Shown: positions 21,889-30,762, counted from the first letter of the stretch. The stretch: 32,185 nucleotides of DNA from Methylophilaceae bacterium UBA7525 (GCA_002479405.1 DLMX01000052.1:18236-50420), one strand, 5' to 3'. Numbers and translations are program-made. The notes: generated by a model not told the origin, from the sequence alone.

Positions 21889-23417
21889 GCCTGACCAGTA
21901 ACGTGCGCCTGATCAAAAGTGAAGACCTGATTGCGAGCGTTGCTGACGCCCTGCAGTTCATGTCCTATTATCATCCGGTCGATTTCATTCAGGCTTTGGG
22001 TGCTGCCTATGACATGGAACAGTCACCCGCCGCCAGGGACGCCATCGCGCAGATCCTGACCAATTCGCGTATGTGCGCGGAAGGCAAGCGGCCGATCTGC
22101 CAGGATACCGGCATCGTCGTCGTTTTCGTCAATGTCGGCACCGGTGTGCACTGGGAACAGGGCGCTGATGTCGAAGCCTTGATCAATGAGGGTGTGCGAC
22201 GCGCCTACGGCTTGGCAGAGAACCCGCTACGGGCTTCCATCGTAAGCGACCCGGCCGGCCGGCGCAAGAATACCTTCGACAACACCCCGGCGGTGACGCA
22301 TGTGCGGCTGGTGCCGGGCGACAAGGTCGAAGTCAAGCTGGCGGCCAAGGGCGGCGGTTCAGAGAACAAGGCGCAACTGGGCATGCTCAATCCGTCCGAT
22401 AGTATCGTCGATTGGGTATTGGCGCAGGTCGGCGAGATGGGTGCCGGCTGGTGCCCACCTGGCGTGCTCGGCATCGGCATCGGCGGCACAGCAGAAAAGG
22501 CTGTGCTGCTTGCGAAGGAAGCGCTGATGGACGAGATCGACATGCCGGCTCTGAAAGCGCGCGGTCCGCGCAACCGCATCGAGGAACTGCGCATCGAGAT
22601 TTTTGACAAGGTCAACGCACTCGGCATCGGTGCCCAGGGCTTGGGCGGCCTGACCACGGTGCTGGATGTGAAGATTCTCGATTACCCGACGCACGCTGCT
22701 TCCTTGCCGGTAGCGGTGATACCCAATTGCGCAGCTACGCGTCACGCACACTTCGTGTTGGACGGCAGCGGCCCGGTGACGCAAATGCCGCCGCGCTTGA
22801 GTGACTGGCCCGAGGTGGCTTGGACGCCCGACCCGCAGGCGAGACAGGTCAATCTGGATACGCTGACCGCACAGGATATCGAAAGCTGGCAGCCGGGCGA
22901 GACCTTGCTGTTGTCGGGCAAACTGCTGACCGGTCGCGATGCCGCGCACAAGCGTATCATCGAGTTGCTGGCCGAGGGCAAGCCCTTGCCGGATGGGCTG
23001 GATTTCACCAATCGCTTCATCTATTACGTCGGGCCGGTCGACCCGGTCGGCGATGAGCCGGTCGGCCCGGCCGGCCCGACCACGGCGACGCGCATGGACA
23101 AGTTCACCGACATCATGCTGGCAAAAACCGGACTGCTCGGCATGATCGGCAAGGCCGAGCGCGGCGAGGCGGCGATCGAGGCCATCCGCCGGCATCGCTC
23201 GGTCTATCTGATCGCGGTCGGCGGCGCGGCCTATCTGGTCGCGAAATCGATCAAGTCCGCCCGCGTGCTGGCGTTTGCCGACCTCGGCATGGAGGCGGTC
23301 TACGAGTTTGAGGTGAAGGAGATGCCGGTGACGGTAGCGGTCGACAGTCGCGGCAATTCCATCCATGAAAGCGGGCCGAAGCAGTGGCGCGGCATTGCTA
23401 TCAATGCCGCTGGCTGA
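21885..23417 (+). CDS. Class I (Fe-S) fumarate hydratase
   Basis: [52 protein letters not shown]; GTGA overlap with acs. Confidence 0.94.
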   Translation: MSLTSNVRLIKSEDLIASVADALQFMSYYHPVDFIQALGAAYDMEQSPAARDAIAQILTNSRMCAEGKRPICQDTGIVVVFVNVGTGVHWEQGADVEALINEGVRRAYGLAENPLRASIVSDPAGRRKNTFDNTPAVTHVRLVPGDKVEVKLAAKGGGSENKAQLGMLNPSDSIVDWVLAQVGEMGAGWCPPGVLGIGIGGTAEKAVLLAKEALMDEIDMPALKARGPRNRIEELRIEIFDKVNALGIGAQGLGGLTTVLDVKILDYPTHAASLPVAVIPNCAATRHAHFVLDGSGPVTQMPPRLSDWPEVAWTPDPQARQVNLDTLTAQDIESWQPGETLLLSGKLLTGRDAAHKRIIELLAEGKPLPDGLDFTNRFIYYVGPVDPVGDEPVGPAGPTTATRMDKFTDIMLAKTGLLGMIGKAERGEAAIEAIRRHRSVYLIAVGGAAYLVAKSIKSARVLAFADLGMEAVYEFEVKEMPVTVAVDSRGNSIHESGPKQWRGIAINAAG

Positions 23418-23431
23418 TTGCGGCGGGCGAT

Positions 23432-23461
23432 AAAAAAGGCTGACAGTTGTCAGCCTTTTTT
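23432..23461. terminator. Bidirectional rho-independent terminator
   Basis: AAAAAAGGCTGACA-gt-TGTCAGCCTTTTTT between convergent genes. Confidence 0.9.
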
Positions 23462-23476
23462 GTGAGGCAGGGGCTT

Positions 23477-24007
23477 TTAATGCGCCTTTTCCGTCGGGTG
23501 CGTCATCAGCCGGTCGATGTAGGCGATGGAGACAGCCGAGAGCACGAACGCCATGTGGATGATGGTCTGCCACATCATGGTCTGTTGATCGAGATTGTGG
23601 GCGTTGATGAAGGTCTTCAGCAGGTGGATGGACGAGATGCCGATGATGGCGGTCGCCAGCTTGACCTTGAGCAGGTTGGCGTTGACGTGCGACAACCAGT
23701 CCGGCTCATCCGGGTGCCCGCTGAGGTTGAGGCGTGAAACAAAGGTTTCATAGCCACCGACGATGACCATGATCAGTAAGTTGGAGATCATGACGACGTC
23801 GATCAGACCCAGCACGATCAGCATGATGTCTGCTTCGGCCAGATGCGGCACTTTTTCCACCAGATGGGTCAGTTCGACCATGAAGTGAAAGACATAGACG
23901 GCCTGGGCAACAATAAGGCCCAGATAGAGTGGTACTTGCAGCCAGCGGCTACCGAACAGGATGGCGCTCATAGGGCGCATGCGCGGCGGTGTGTTTTGTG
24001 TTTGCAT
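23477..24007 (-). CDS. TIGR00645/YqhA (UPF0114) family membrane protein
   Basis: SRWLQVPLYLGL, LIDVVMISNLLIMVIVGGYETFVS, LKVKLATAIIGISSIHLL. Confidence 0.9.
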   Translation of the reverse strand: MQTQNTPPRMRPMSAILFGSRWLQVPLYLGLIVAQAVYVFHFMVELTHLVEKVPHLAEADIMLIVLGLIDVVMISNLLIMVIVGGYETFVSRLNLSGHPDEPDWLSHVNANLLKVKLATAIIGISSIHLLKTFINAHNLDQQTMMWQTIIHMAFVLSAVSIAYIDRLMTHPTEKAH

Positions 24008-24132
24008 AGGGATTCCTGAAAACGGGGTCGGAAAATGACAGCCGCAAATGATATCAAAAGTGCCGTCCGCCCATATGAAAATTTATGACAAACGGCAGTT
24101 TGCAGCTTCAATATGCCGGAGAACTTTCAGTT

Positions 24133-24993
24133 TCAACTGATTTGGGACTCCAGAACATAGTCGGCACCTTCATCCAGGCCGAGTTTCTCAAGCAGAACCG
24201 GCATTGCTTCGGTCAATAGATGGGGCAGGGTGTAGGGTGGATTGACAATAAAAAGCCCGCTGCCATGCATGCCGAAGCCATCGATAGCAGGTGTCTGTAC
24301 AGTCAGGCTGACATGCAGCCAACTTTTCAGTGGCAGTTTCTTGAGCTTTTCTACCATCTGCTGCGGTTCCGGTCTTTGCAGCAAGGGATACCAGATGATG
24401 TAAGTGCCGGTAGCGAAGCGTGTCAGGCTGTCTTTCAGCATATCGACGACGCGTAGATAGTCTTTCTTTTCCTCATAAGGCGGGTCAATCAGTACCACTG
24501 CGCGACGTGGTGGCGGTGGTAGCAAGGCTTTTATCCCGGCAAAGCCGTCCTGCGCTTCGGTCATCACCCGGCGGTTATTTGGCCCCAAACCCAAAGCCTT
24601 GAATGACTGGTTCAGCAGCTTGTAGTCGTTGGGATGCAGTTCGAAAAGACGCAAGCGGTCGTCCGCCCGCATGGCGCTGAATGCCACTACCGGCGATCCT
24701 GGATAATGTCTGAGTACATGGTCATGGTTAAAGCTGCGGACGAGTTCGATATAGTCAGCAATGGCCTGCGGCAAACCCCGGATGTCCCAAAGCTGTCCAA
24801 TGCCGCCTGCGAACTCCGCATTCTGCGTGGCATAACCTTTATCCAGCGCATAGCTGCCGGCACCGGCGTGGGTATCGATATACCAGAAGGGTTTGTCTTT
24901 CTGCGCGGCGTGTTTCAGTACTTGCAACAGAACAATGTGTTTCAGCACGTCGGCATGATTGCCGACGTGAAAGGCGTGACGATAACTAAGCAT
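24133..24993 (-). CDS. rlmJ: 23S rRNA m6A2030 methyltransferase
   Basis: MLSYRHAFHVGNHADVLKH, YIDTHAGAG, YPGSP, LIDPPYE. Confidence 0.96.
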   Translation of the reverse strand: MLSYRHAFHVGNHADVLKHIVLLQVLKHAAQKDKPFWYIDTHAGAGSYALDKGYATQNAEFAGGIGQLWDIRGLPQAIADYIELVRSFNHDHVLRHYPGSPVVAFSAMRADDRLRLFELHPNDYKLLNQSFKALGLGPNNRRVMTEAQDGFAGIKALLPPPPRRAVVLIDPPYEEKKDYLRVVDMLKDSLTRFATGTYIIWYPLLQRPEPQQMVEKLKKLPLKSWLHVSLTVQTPAIDGFGMHGSGLFIVNPPYTLPHLLTEAMPVLLEKLGLDEGADYVLESQIS

Positions 24994-25041
24994 GTAAAAG
25001 CTTCTGATTTCTTGATGTCAAGGAACTGATGGTGAGCGACT

Positions 25042-25563
25042 TTATTCGATGATGCCGCAAGCGATGCGCGCACCGCCGCCACCCAGCGGTTTCGGGTCGT
25101 CGCTGTAATTGTCGCTGCCGGCATGGATGATGATGGCGCGCTCAAGCACATCGGCAACTTTAAGTTTTGGTGCGACTACGGACAGTGTAGCCGTACCATC
25201 GTCCGCAACGATCAGTGCCGGCAAATCGCCCGAGTGCCCGTCACCTGTCGGCCCTGCATGTTTGCCGCTATGCGCAGGGTCGTAATGGCCACCGGCGCCA
25301 AGGCCGGCAACTTTCTTGCCATCCTTTTCCAGCGTGGCGCAGCTCGGGTTTTCATGTATGTGGAAGCCGCGTTCGCCCGGCGGCAGCTCTGCCAGGTCAG
25401 GGCTGATGATCAACCCCTGCTCACTGTCAGCCAGTTTGATGATGCCGATGATCTTGCCAACGCCGGCTTCGCCGATGGCGCGCATGGCGACGATTTTGTC
25501 CGCTGCCATGACAGGCAGGCTGCTTAACAGGAATACGGCAATAAGTAGACGACTGGGTTTCAT
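25042..25563 (-). CDS. sodC: Periplasmic Cu/Zn superoxide dismutase
   Basis: Signal peptide; GFHIHE, GGHYDP, HAGP, GHSGDL, IIIHAGSDN, GGGGARIACG with the Cu/Zn ligands present. Confidence 0.96.
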   Translation of the reverse strand: MKPSRLLIAVFLLSSLPVMAADKIVAMRAIGEAGVGKIIGIIKLADSEQGLIISPDLAELPPGERGFHIHENPSCATLEKDGKKVAGLGAGGHYDPAHSGKHAGPTGDGHSGDLPALIVADDGTATLSVVAPKLKVADVLERAIIIHAGSDNYSDDPKPLGGGGARIACGIIE

Positions 25564-25597
25564 GATGCGGTTCCTCGTATCAGGGAGTGTTCACATT

Positions 25598-25627
25598 AAA
25601 TTGACAATGAATGTCAGACATCAATTT
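25598..25627. promoter_or_regulatory. Palindromic operator candidate between divergent sodC and EF-hand genes
   Basis: TGACA-atgaa-TGTCA (25602-25616) overlapping a wider AAATTGA-N16-TCAATTT inverted repeat. Confidence 0.45.
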
Positions 25628-25738
25628 CGATATTGTATTCCATTCGGTTCGCATGCTCCGGTTGCTATGGTCAACCGATGTTGTCCGCTATCGTTGGAGC
25701 AAGGGTAGCATTTTTATACGACAGGAAAGGATCACACA

Positions 25739-26068
25739 ATGACATTGACCAGAATTCTTGGTGTTACCGCAGTTGTTGCTGCTTTTGGCATGGGTAGTGT
25801 ATTTGCCGATGAGCCGGCGGAACCGGTCAAATCCCATAAATCCGAACGCGGCTGGCAGGTCGATACCAATCAGGATGGCAAGATCAGCTATGAAGAGTTT
25901 CGCGCAGCCAATGACAAGCGCATGGAGCATCATTTCAAACGCATGGACGCCAATGGCGACGGTTTCATTGATCAGTCAGAGAAGCAGGCGATGCATGACA
26001 ATTGGGATAATAAGCGCAAGGTGAGAGGCGAGCGTTGTCAGAAGGCTGATGCAGTAAAGACATATTAA
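25739..26068 (+). CDS. Secreted two-EF-hand protein
   Basis: Signal peptide ending VFA; loops DTNQDGKISYEE and DANGDGFIDQSE; RBS AGGAAAGGA. Confidence 0.85.
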   Translation: MTLTRILGVTAVVAAFGMGSVFADEPAEPVKSHKSERGWQVDTNQDGKISYEEFRAANDKRMEHHFKRMDANGDGFIDQSEKQAMHDNWDNKRKVRGERCQKADAVKTY

Positions 26069-26088
26069 GTTTTCGTAGTTGTTTCAGC

Positions 26089-26116
26089 AGGCACCCGATT
26101 GCGGGTGCCTTTTTTT
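26089..26116 (+). terminator. Rho-independent terminator
   Basis: AGGCACCCG-attg-CGGGTGCCT followed by a T run. Confidence 0.88.
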
Positions 26117-26208
26117 ATTGCTGCGCTGGATGGATGTAAGTCGGTTTTCAGATATTTATTGCATCGTCGCATTGGAGAGTCAGTGTCAGGCTGCTAGCAT
26201 TACGGTCT

Positions 26209-27132
26209 ATGGGACATCATCACAATCATTCGCACGATTCCACGCCACACAAGCGGGATGTTCTGTTTCTACCACTGGTCCTGACTGCCGGTTTTGCCGT
26301 TGTTGAGGCACTGGGCGGTTGGGTTACCGGCTCGCTCGCATTGCTTGGTGATGCCGGACACATGGCCTCGGACGCAGCAGCGCTGGCGCTGGCATGGCTA
26401 GGTGCCTGGGTCGCGCGTAAACCGGCCAATGCCAGACACAGCTATGGTTTTTTGCGGGCCGAAGTATTGGTGGCGCTGGTCAATGCTTTGCTGATGCTGG
26501 TCGTGGTCGCATCTATTGTCCTCGAGGCAATCAAGCGCATTCAGTCGCCACAGGAGGTCGCAGCCGGCGGGGTCATGCTGATCGCCTTTATTGGCTTGCT
26601 GATCAATATCTTCGTGGCACTGCATCTGCATCGCGGTCAACACACCATCAATCATCGTGCAGCGTTATTGCATGTGATGGGCGATCTGCTTGGCTCGGTG
26701 TCGGCACTGACAGCCGGTGTGGTGATCTATTTCACGGGCTGGTATCTGGTCGATCCGGTATTGTCGATATTCATATCGCTGCTGATTCTCATTTCCACCC
26801 TCAGACTGTTGCGCGAGGTGGTGCATATGCTGATGGAGGGTGTGCCCGGACATCTGGATATCGATATCATCCGACAAGACCTGCTGACGGTTCCCGAGGT
26901 GGAGGGGGTACATCATTTGCGCGTCTGGTCATTATCTTCCGAAGTGACTGCGCTTTCTGCCCATGTGGTGGTCAATGACAAGAGTGAATGGCCGATGGTT
27001 CTGGAAACGATGCGGCATATCCTGCATGATGAGTTCAATATTCAGCATGTCATTCTGCAACCGGAGCTGAATCATGCAGGCAAACAGGATGCCGAAGGTT
27101 GCTGGCTGACAGGAAAACCGGGCAACCATTGA
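26209..27132 (+). CDS. Cation diffusion facilitator (CzcD/ZitB-like Zn/Co/Cd exporter)
   Basis: His-rich N-terminus, SLALLGDAGHMASD, LHVMGDLLGS, DPVLS, HHLRVWSL, HVILQPE. Confidence 0.93.
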   Translation: MGHHHNHSHDSTPHKRDVLFLPLVLTAGFAVVEALGGWVTGSLALLGDAGHMASDAAALALAWLGAWVARKPANARHSYGFLRAEVLVALVNALLMLVVVASIVLEAIKRIQSPQEVAAGGVMLIAFIGLLINIFVALHLHRGQHTINHRAALLHVMGDLLGSVSALTAGVVIYFTGWYLVDPVLSIFISLLILISTLRLLREVVHMLMEGVPGHLDIDIIRQDLLTVPEVEGVHHLRVWSLSSEVTALSAHVVVNDKSEWPMVLETMRHILHDEFNIQHVILQPELNHAGKQDAEGCWLTGKPGNH

Positions 27133-27782
27133 TGACGCAATCTTCCATGCCCATGACTTTTGATATTGCTTGCCGTCGTTGTGCGCGTCTGGCAGATTTT
27201 CTCGATGAGGTGAGAATTCAGCATCCTGTGTATTTTGCCCGGCCCGTGCCTTCCTTTGGCGATACGTCGCCAAAATTCCTGATAGTCGGTCTTGCGCCCG
27301 GCATGCATGGGGCCAATCGCACCGGGCGGCCATTTACAGGCGATTACGCCGGTATACTGCTTTACCGGACACTGCACAAGTACGGTTTTGCCAGTGCAGA
27401 TGTCTCGATCTCGGCAGAGGATGGTCTGCAACTAAAGGATTGCCGCATCACCAATGCGGTCAAATGTCTACCTCCGGAGAACAAGCCGACCGGTGACGAG
27501 ATCCGGCTGTGCAATCAGTTTCTGGCAGCGGAGATCGCCAGTCTGCCGAAGGATCTGGTGATTCTGGCGTTGGGCAATATTGCGCATCAGGCAGTGTTGA
27601 AAGCACTGGGGCTTAAGATTGGTGCCTACAAGTTCGCTCATGCGGCCCGCCATGAACTGCCGGACGGCCGGATACTTTATGATAGTTATCACTGCAGCCG
27701 CTACAACACGCAGACCAGGCGACTGACTGATGACATGTTCCAGGCAGTATTCGAATCCATTCAACAGGAAATAAGGAGATAG
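27132..27782 (+). CDS. Uracil-DNA glycosylase family 5 (UdgB-like, Fe-S)
   Basis: CRRCARL, GLAPGMHGANRTGRPFTGD, NAVKCLPPENKP, YHCSRYNTQT; TGATG overlap with the CDF gene (exact start uncertain). Confidence 0.9.
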   Translation: MTQSSMPMTFDIACRRCARLADFLDEVRIQHPVYFARPVPSFGDTSPKFLIVGLAPGMHGANRTGRPFTGDYAGILLYRTLHKYGFASADVSISAEDGLQLKDCRITNAVKCLPPENKPTGDEIRLCNQFLAAEIASLPKDLVILALGNIAHQAVLKALGLKIGAYKFAHAARHELPDGRILYDSYHCSRYNTQTRRLTDDMFQAVFESIQQEIRR

Positions 27783-27784
27783 AC

Positions 27785-27967
27785 ATGCCCTACATCAATG
27801 TCAAACTGGCCGGCTCCCTGACACGTGAGCAAAAGGACAAGATCGCCAAGGAAATCACCGATACCATGGAACGTATCGCGCACAAGCCGAGATCCTATAC
27901 CTATATCGTCTTCGATGAAGTGAAGGAAGAAAACTGGGCAGTGGCGGGTGATCTGCTCGACGAATAG
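27785..27967 (+). CDS. 4-oxalocrotonate tautomerase family protein
   Basis: 60 aa, Pro immediately after Met, TREQK, ENWAVAG; RBS AAGGAG. Confidence 0.88.
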   Translation: MPYINVKLAGSLTREQKDKIAKEITDTMERIAHKPRSYTYIVFDEVKEENWAVAGDLLDE

Positions 27968-28085
27968 GGTTTTGAGAACAACTGAAAAAGCAGGGTGGCC
28001 AGCCAGGTGAACCCAGTTCATGGAGCATGCCTGGTCACGTATTTCTGCTACCTGGCGCTGTATCTAAAATATTGCGATTTAATCA

Positions 28086-29888
28086 ATGAGTTTTGATCCG
28101 AAACCTGTCCTGAAAACCTTGCCCAACCTGCCCGGCGTCTATCGCATGATCAATGCGCAGGATGATGTGATTTATGTGGGCAAGGCCAAGGACCTGAAAA
28201 AACGGGTGTCTTCCTACTTTGTCAAGAATCTGCCGAGTCCGCGCACGAGATTGATGGTGTCCAATATCGTACGCATAGAAACCACGGTGACGCGCTCGGA
28301 AGCGGAAGCGCTGCTGCTTGAGAACAATCTCATCAAGAGCTTCATGCCGCGGTACAACGTGCTGTTCCGCGATGACAAATCCTATCCTTACATCGTGCTG
28401 ACCGGCGACGAGTTCCCGCGCCTGGCTTTCCACCGTGGCACACAGCGCAAGGGCAACGAGTATTTCGGGCCATTTCCCAATTCTGTGGCTGTGCGGGAAA
28501 GCATACAACTGCTGCAGAAGGTGTTTCGTTTGCGTACCTGCGAGAACACCGTGTTCGCCAACCGCTCACGACCTTGCCTGCAGTATCAGATTCAGCGTTG
28601 CACGGCACCCTGTGTCGATTACATCTCGGCCGAGGAATACCGGCGCGACGTCAACCATGCCACGCTGTTTCTGCAGGGGCGCGAGCAGCAGATTATGGAT
28701 GAGCTGAGCGCCAAAATGATGCAGGCGGCGGATCGGCAGGAATATGAGCTCGCGACAGTTTATCGCGACCGCATGCAGAGTCTGCGCCAGGTGCAGGCAC
28801 GGCAGTTCGTCAGCGATTTCAATGTCAGTGATGCCGATATCATTGCTTGTGCGGAGCAAGCGGGCGAGTATTGTGTGAATCTGGTGATGATTCGCGGTGG
28901 CCGCCATATCGGCGACAAGAGCTTCTTCCCGAAAAATGCCGATGGTTGCGATATCGAATCGCTGACCGAGGCTTTTCTTGAACAGCATTATGTCGGTCAG
29001 AAGATGCCGCCACTGATATTTGTCGGCGTACCGATCGAGACTGCAGCGCTGGAAGAGGTCTTCACTGAGCAGGCCGGCAGGCGCATCCGCATCAACACCA
29101 GGCCGACCGGTGACAAAAAGGTCTGGTTGAAAATGGCGCAGACCAATGCCGAACTGGCCTTGCAGCAGCGCGCCACTTTGCATGCCAGTCAGCAGGGCAG
29201 ATTGCAGGCGCTGCGCGAGGCGCTCGATTTGAACGAGACCACCGAGCGCATCGAGTGTTTCGATATCAGCCATACCATGGGCGAGGCGACCGTCGCTTCC
29301 TGTGTCGTTTTCGACAAGGGCGCCATGCAGAATTCGGAATACCGCCGCTACAACATCAGCGGCATCACGCCCGGTGATGATTATGCGGCGATGCGCGATG
29401 CGCTGACGCGTCGCTACAAGAAGATCGCAGCAGGCGAGGGCAAGGTGCCGGACCTGATCTTTATCGATGGCGGCAAGGGGCAGCTCGGTGTCGCTGTCGA
29501 GGTGATGCGTGAGGTGGGGCTGTCAGATATTCAGCTGGTAGGTATCGCCAAGGGCGAGGAACGCAAACCGGGACTTGAGCAAATGTTTTTTGCCGATCGC
29601 GACACGCCTGTCGGTCTGAAAAAGGACCATCCCGGGTTACACTTGCTGCAGCAGATTCGCGATGAGGCGCACCGCTTTGCCATCACCGGCCATCGTGCCA
29701 GACGCGGCAAGGCGCGAATGCACTCCTCGCTGGAAGATATCGGCGGCATCGGTGCCAAGCGCAGGCAGAAGCTATTGACCCGTTTTGGTGGTCTGGATGG
29801 CGTGAAGAATGCCAGTGTCGATGAATTGGCGCAGGTCGAGGGCATCAGCCAGATGTTGGCGGAAAAGATATACGGGGAGTTGCATTGA
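28086..29888 (+). CDS. uvrC: Excinuclease ABC subunit C
   Basis: GIY-YIG (PGVYRM...IYVGKAKDLKKRV), IECFDISH, DGGKGQ, RDEAHRFAI, HhH tail. Confidence 0.98.
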   Translation: MSFDPKPVLKTLPNLPGVYRMINAQDDVIYVGKAKDLKKRVSSYFVKNLPSPRTRLMVSNIVRIETTVTRSEAEALLLENNLIKSFMPRYNVLFRDDKSYPYIVLTGDEFPRLAFHRGTQRKGNEYFGPFPNSVAVRESIQLLQKVFRLRTCENTVFANRSRPCLQYQIQRCTAPCVDYISAEEYRRDVNHATLFLQGREQQIMDELSAKMMQAADRQEYELATVYRDRMQSLRQVQARQFVSDFNVSDADIIACAEQAGEYCVNLVMIRGGRHIGDKSFFPKNADGCDIESLTEAFLEQHYVGQKMPPLIFVGVPIETAALEEVFTEQAGRRIRINTRPTGDKKVWLKMAQTNAELALQQRATLHASQQGRLQALREALDLNETTERIECFDISHTMGEATVASCVVFDKGAMQNSEYRRYNISGITPGDDYAAMRDALTRRYKKIAAGEGKVPDLIFIDGGKGQLGVAVEVMREVGLSDIQLVGIAKGEERKPGLEQMFFADRDTPVGLKKDHPGLHLLQQIRDEAHRFAITGHRARRGKARMHSSLEDIGGIGAKRRQKLLTRFGGLDGVKNASVDELAQVEGISQMLAEKIYGELH

Positions 29889-29920
29889 GCGCGCACGCAT
29901 ACGAAAAGGAGTTGCATTAA

Positions 29921-30490
29921 ATGAACTGGAACATTCCCAACAGCCTGACATTTCTGCGCATTCTGCTGATTCCGGTCTTTGTCGGCATTTTTTACCTGCC
30001 GGCCGATATCATTGACCCGCACTGGGTGAACTTCACCGCAACCCTGATCTTTGCGCTGGCGGCCGTCACTGACTGGTTCGATGGTTATCTGGCGCGCGCG
30101 CTGAACCAGACGTCCGCCTTTGGTGCTTTTCTCGATCCGGTTGCAGACAAGTTGATGGTGGCGGCGGCATTGATCGTACTGGTCGAACTGGAGCGTACGG
30201 GTGCAATCATTGCGCTGATCATCATCGGTCGCGAAATTGCCATCAGCGCGCTGCGCGAATGGATGGCCGGCATCGGCGAACGCAGCAGTGTGGCGGTCGC
30301 CAATCTGGGCAAGATCAAGACCGCCGCACAGATGATTGCCATCCTTTTGTTGCTCTATTATGACCGGATCGGCCCGGTCGATATAAAATTTTTTGGTGAG
30401 CTTTTAATTTACGTCGCAGCATTTTTAACATTGCTGTCAATGGCTTACTATCTGAAGGCCGCCTGGCCTCAGATGCGGACAAAAAAATAA
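29921..30490 (+). CDS. pgsA: CDP-diacylglycerol--glycerol-3-phosphate 3-phosphatidyltransferase
   Basis: NIPNSLTFLRI, TDWFDGYLAR...GAFLDPVADK; canonical uvrC-pgsA-tRNA order. Confidence 0.97.
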   Translation: MNWNIPNSLTFLRILLIPVFVGIFYLPADIIDPHWVNFTATLIFALAAVTDWFDGYLARALNQTSAFGAFLDPVADKLMVAAALIVLVELERTGAIIALIIIGREIAISALREWMAGIGERSSVAVANLGKIKTAAQMIAILLLLYYDRIGPVDIKFFGELLIYVAAFLTLLSMAYYLKAAWPQMRTKK

Positions 30491-30503
30491 GCGCAAATCA
30501 GCC

Positions 30504-30537
30504 TTGACACCTTCTTCAAAATCGCTAAAATGCTGCC
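30504..30537 (+). promoter_or_regulatory. Stable-RNA sigma-70 promoter
   Basis: TTGACA (30504-30509)-N16-TAAAAT (30526-30531) and a GC-rich discriminator GCTGCC just before tRNA-Gly. Confidence 0.85.
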
Positions 30538-30545
30538 TTCTTCAC

Positions 30546-30621
30546 GCGGGAATAGCTCAGTTGGTAGAGCGCAACCTTGCCAAGGTTGAGGTCGCGAGTT
30601 CGAGACTCGTTTCCCGCTCCA
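30546..30621 (+). tRNA. tRNA-Gly (GCC)
   Basis: GCGGGAATAGCTCAGTTGGTAGAGC...CTTGCCAAG...TTCGAGACTCGTTTCCCGCTCCA; full cloverleaf with encoded CCA. Confidence 0.98.
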
Positions 30622-30626
30622 AATAC

Positions 30627-30665
30627 AAAAAAGGGAAAGCAAGCAAACATTGCTTTCCCTTTTTT
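30627..30665 (+). terminator. Terminator-like hairpin in the tRNA-Gly/tRNA-Cys spacer
   Basis: AAAAAAGGGAAAGCAA-gcaaaca-TTGCTTTCCCTTTTTT. Confidence 0.65.
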
Positions 30666-30688
30666 CATAGTCACCGTAGTACGGGTAT

Positions 30689-30762
30689 GGCGCGATAGCA
30701 AAGCGGTTATGCCGCGGCCTGCAAAGCCGTTTAGGCCGGTTCGACTCCGGCTCGCGCCTCCA
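30689..30762 (+). tRNA. tRNA-Cys (GCA)
   Basis: GGCGCGA acceptor stem, GCGGC-CTGCAAA-GCCGT anticodon arm, GCCGG-TTCGACT-CCGGC T arm, U73 and CCA. Confidence 0.97.

Noticed and set aside
19918-23573. Long antisense ORFs (426 aa over acs, 404 aa over fum; also those over ppsA, acnB, uvrC, NYN)
   Set aside because: Shadow frames expected opposite GC3-biased genes; no recognisable motifs or RBS.
28058-28073. SOS box upstream of uvrC (CTGTATCTAAAATATT)
   Set aside because: Only the left half-site is present.
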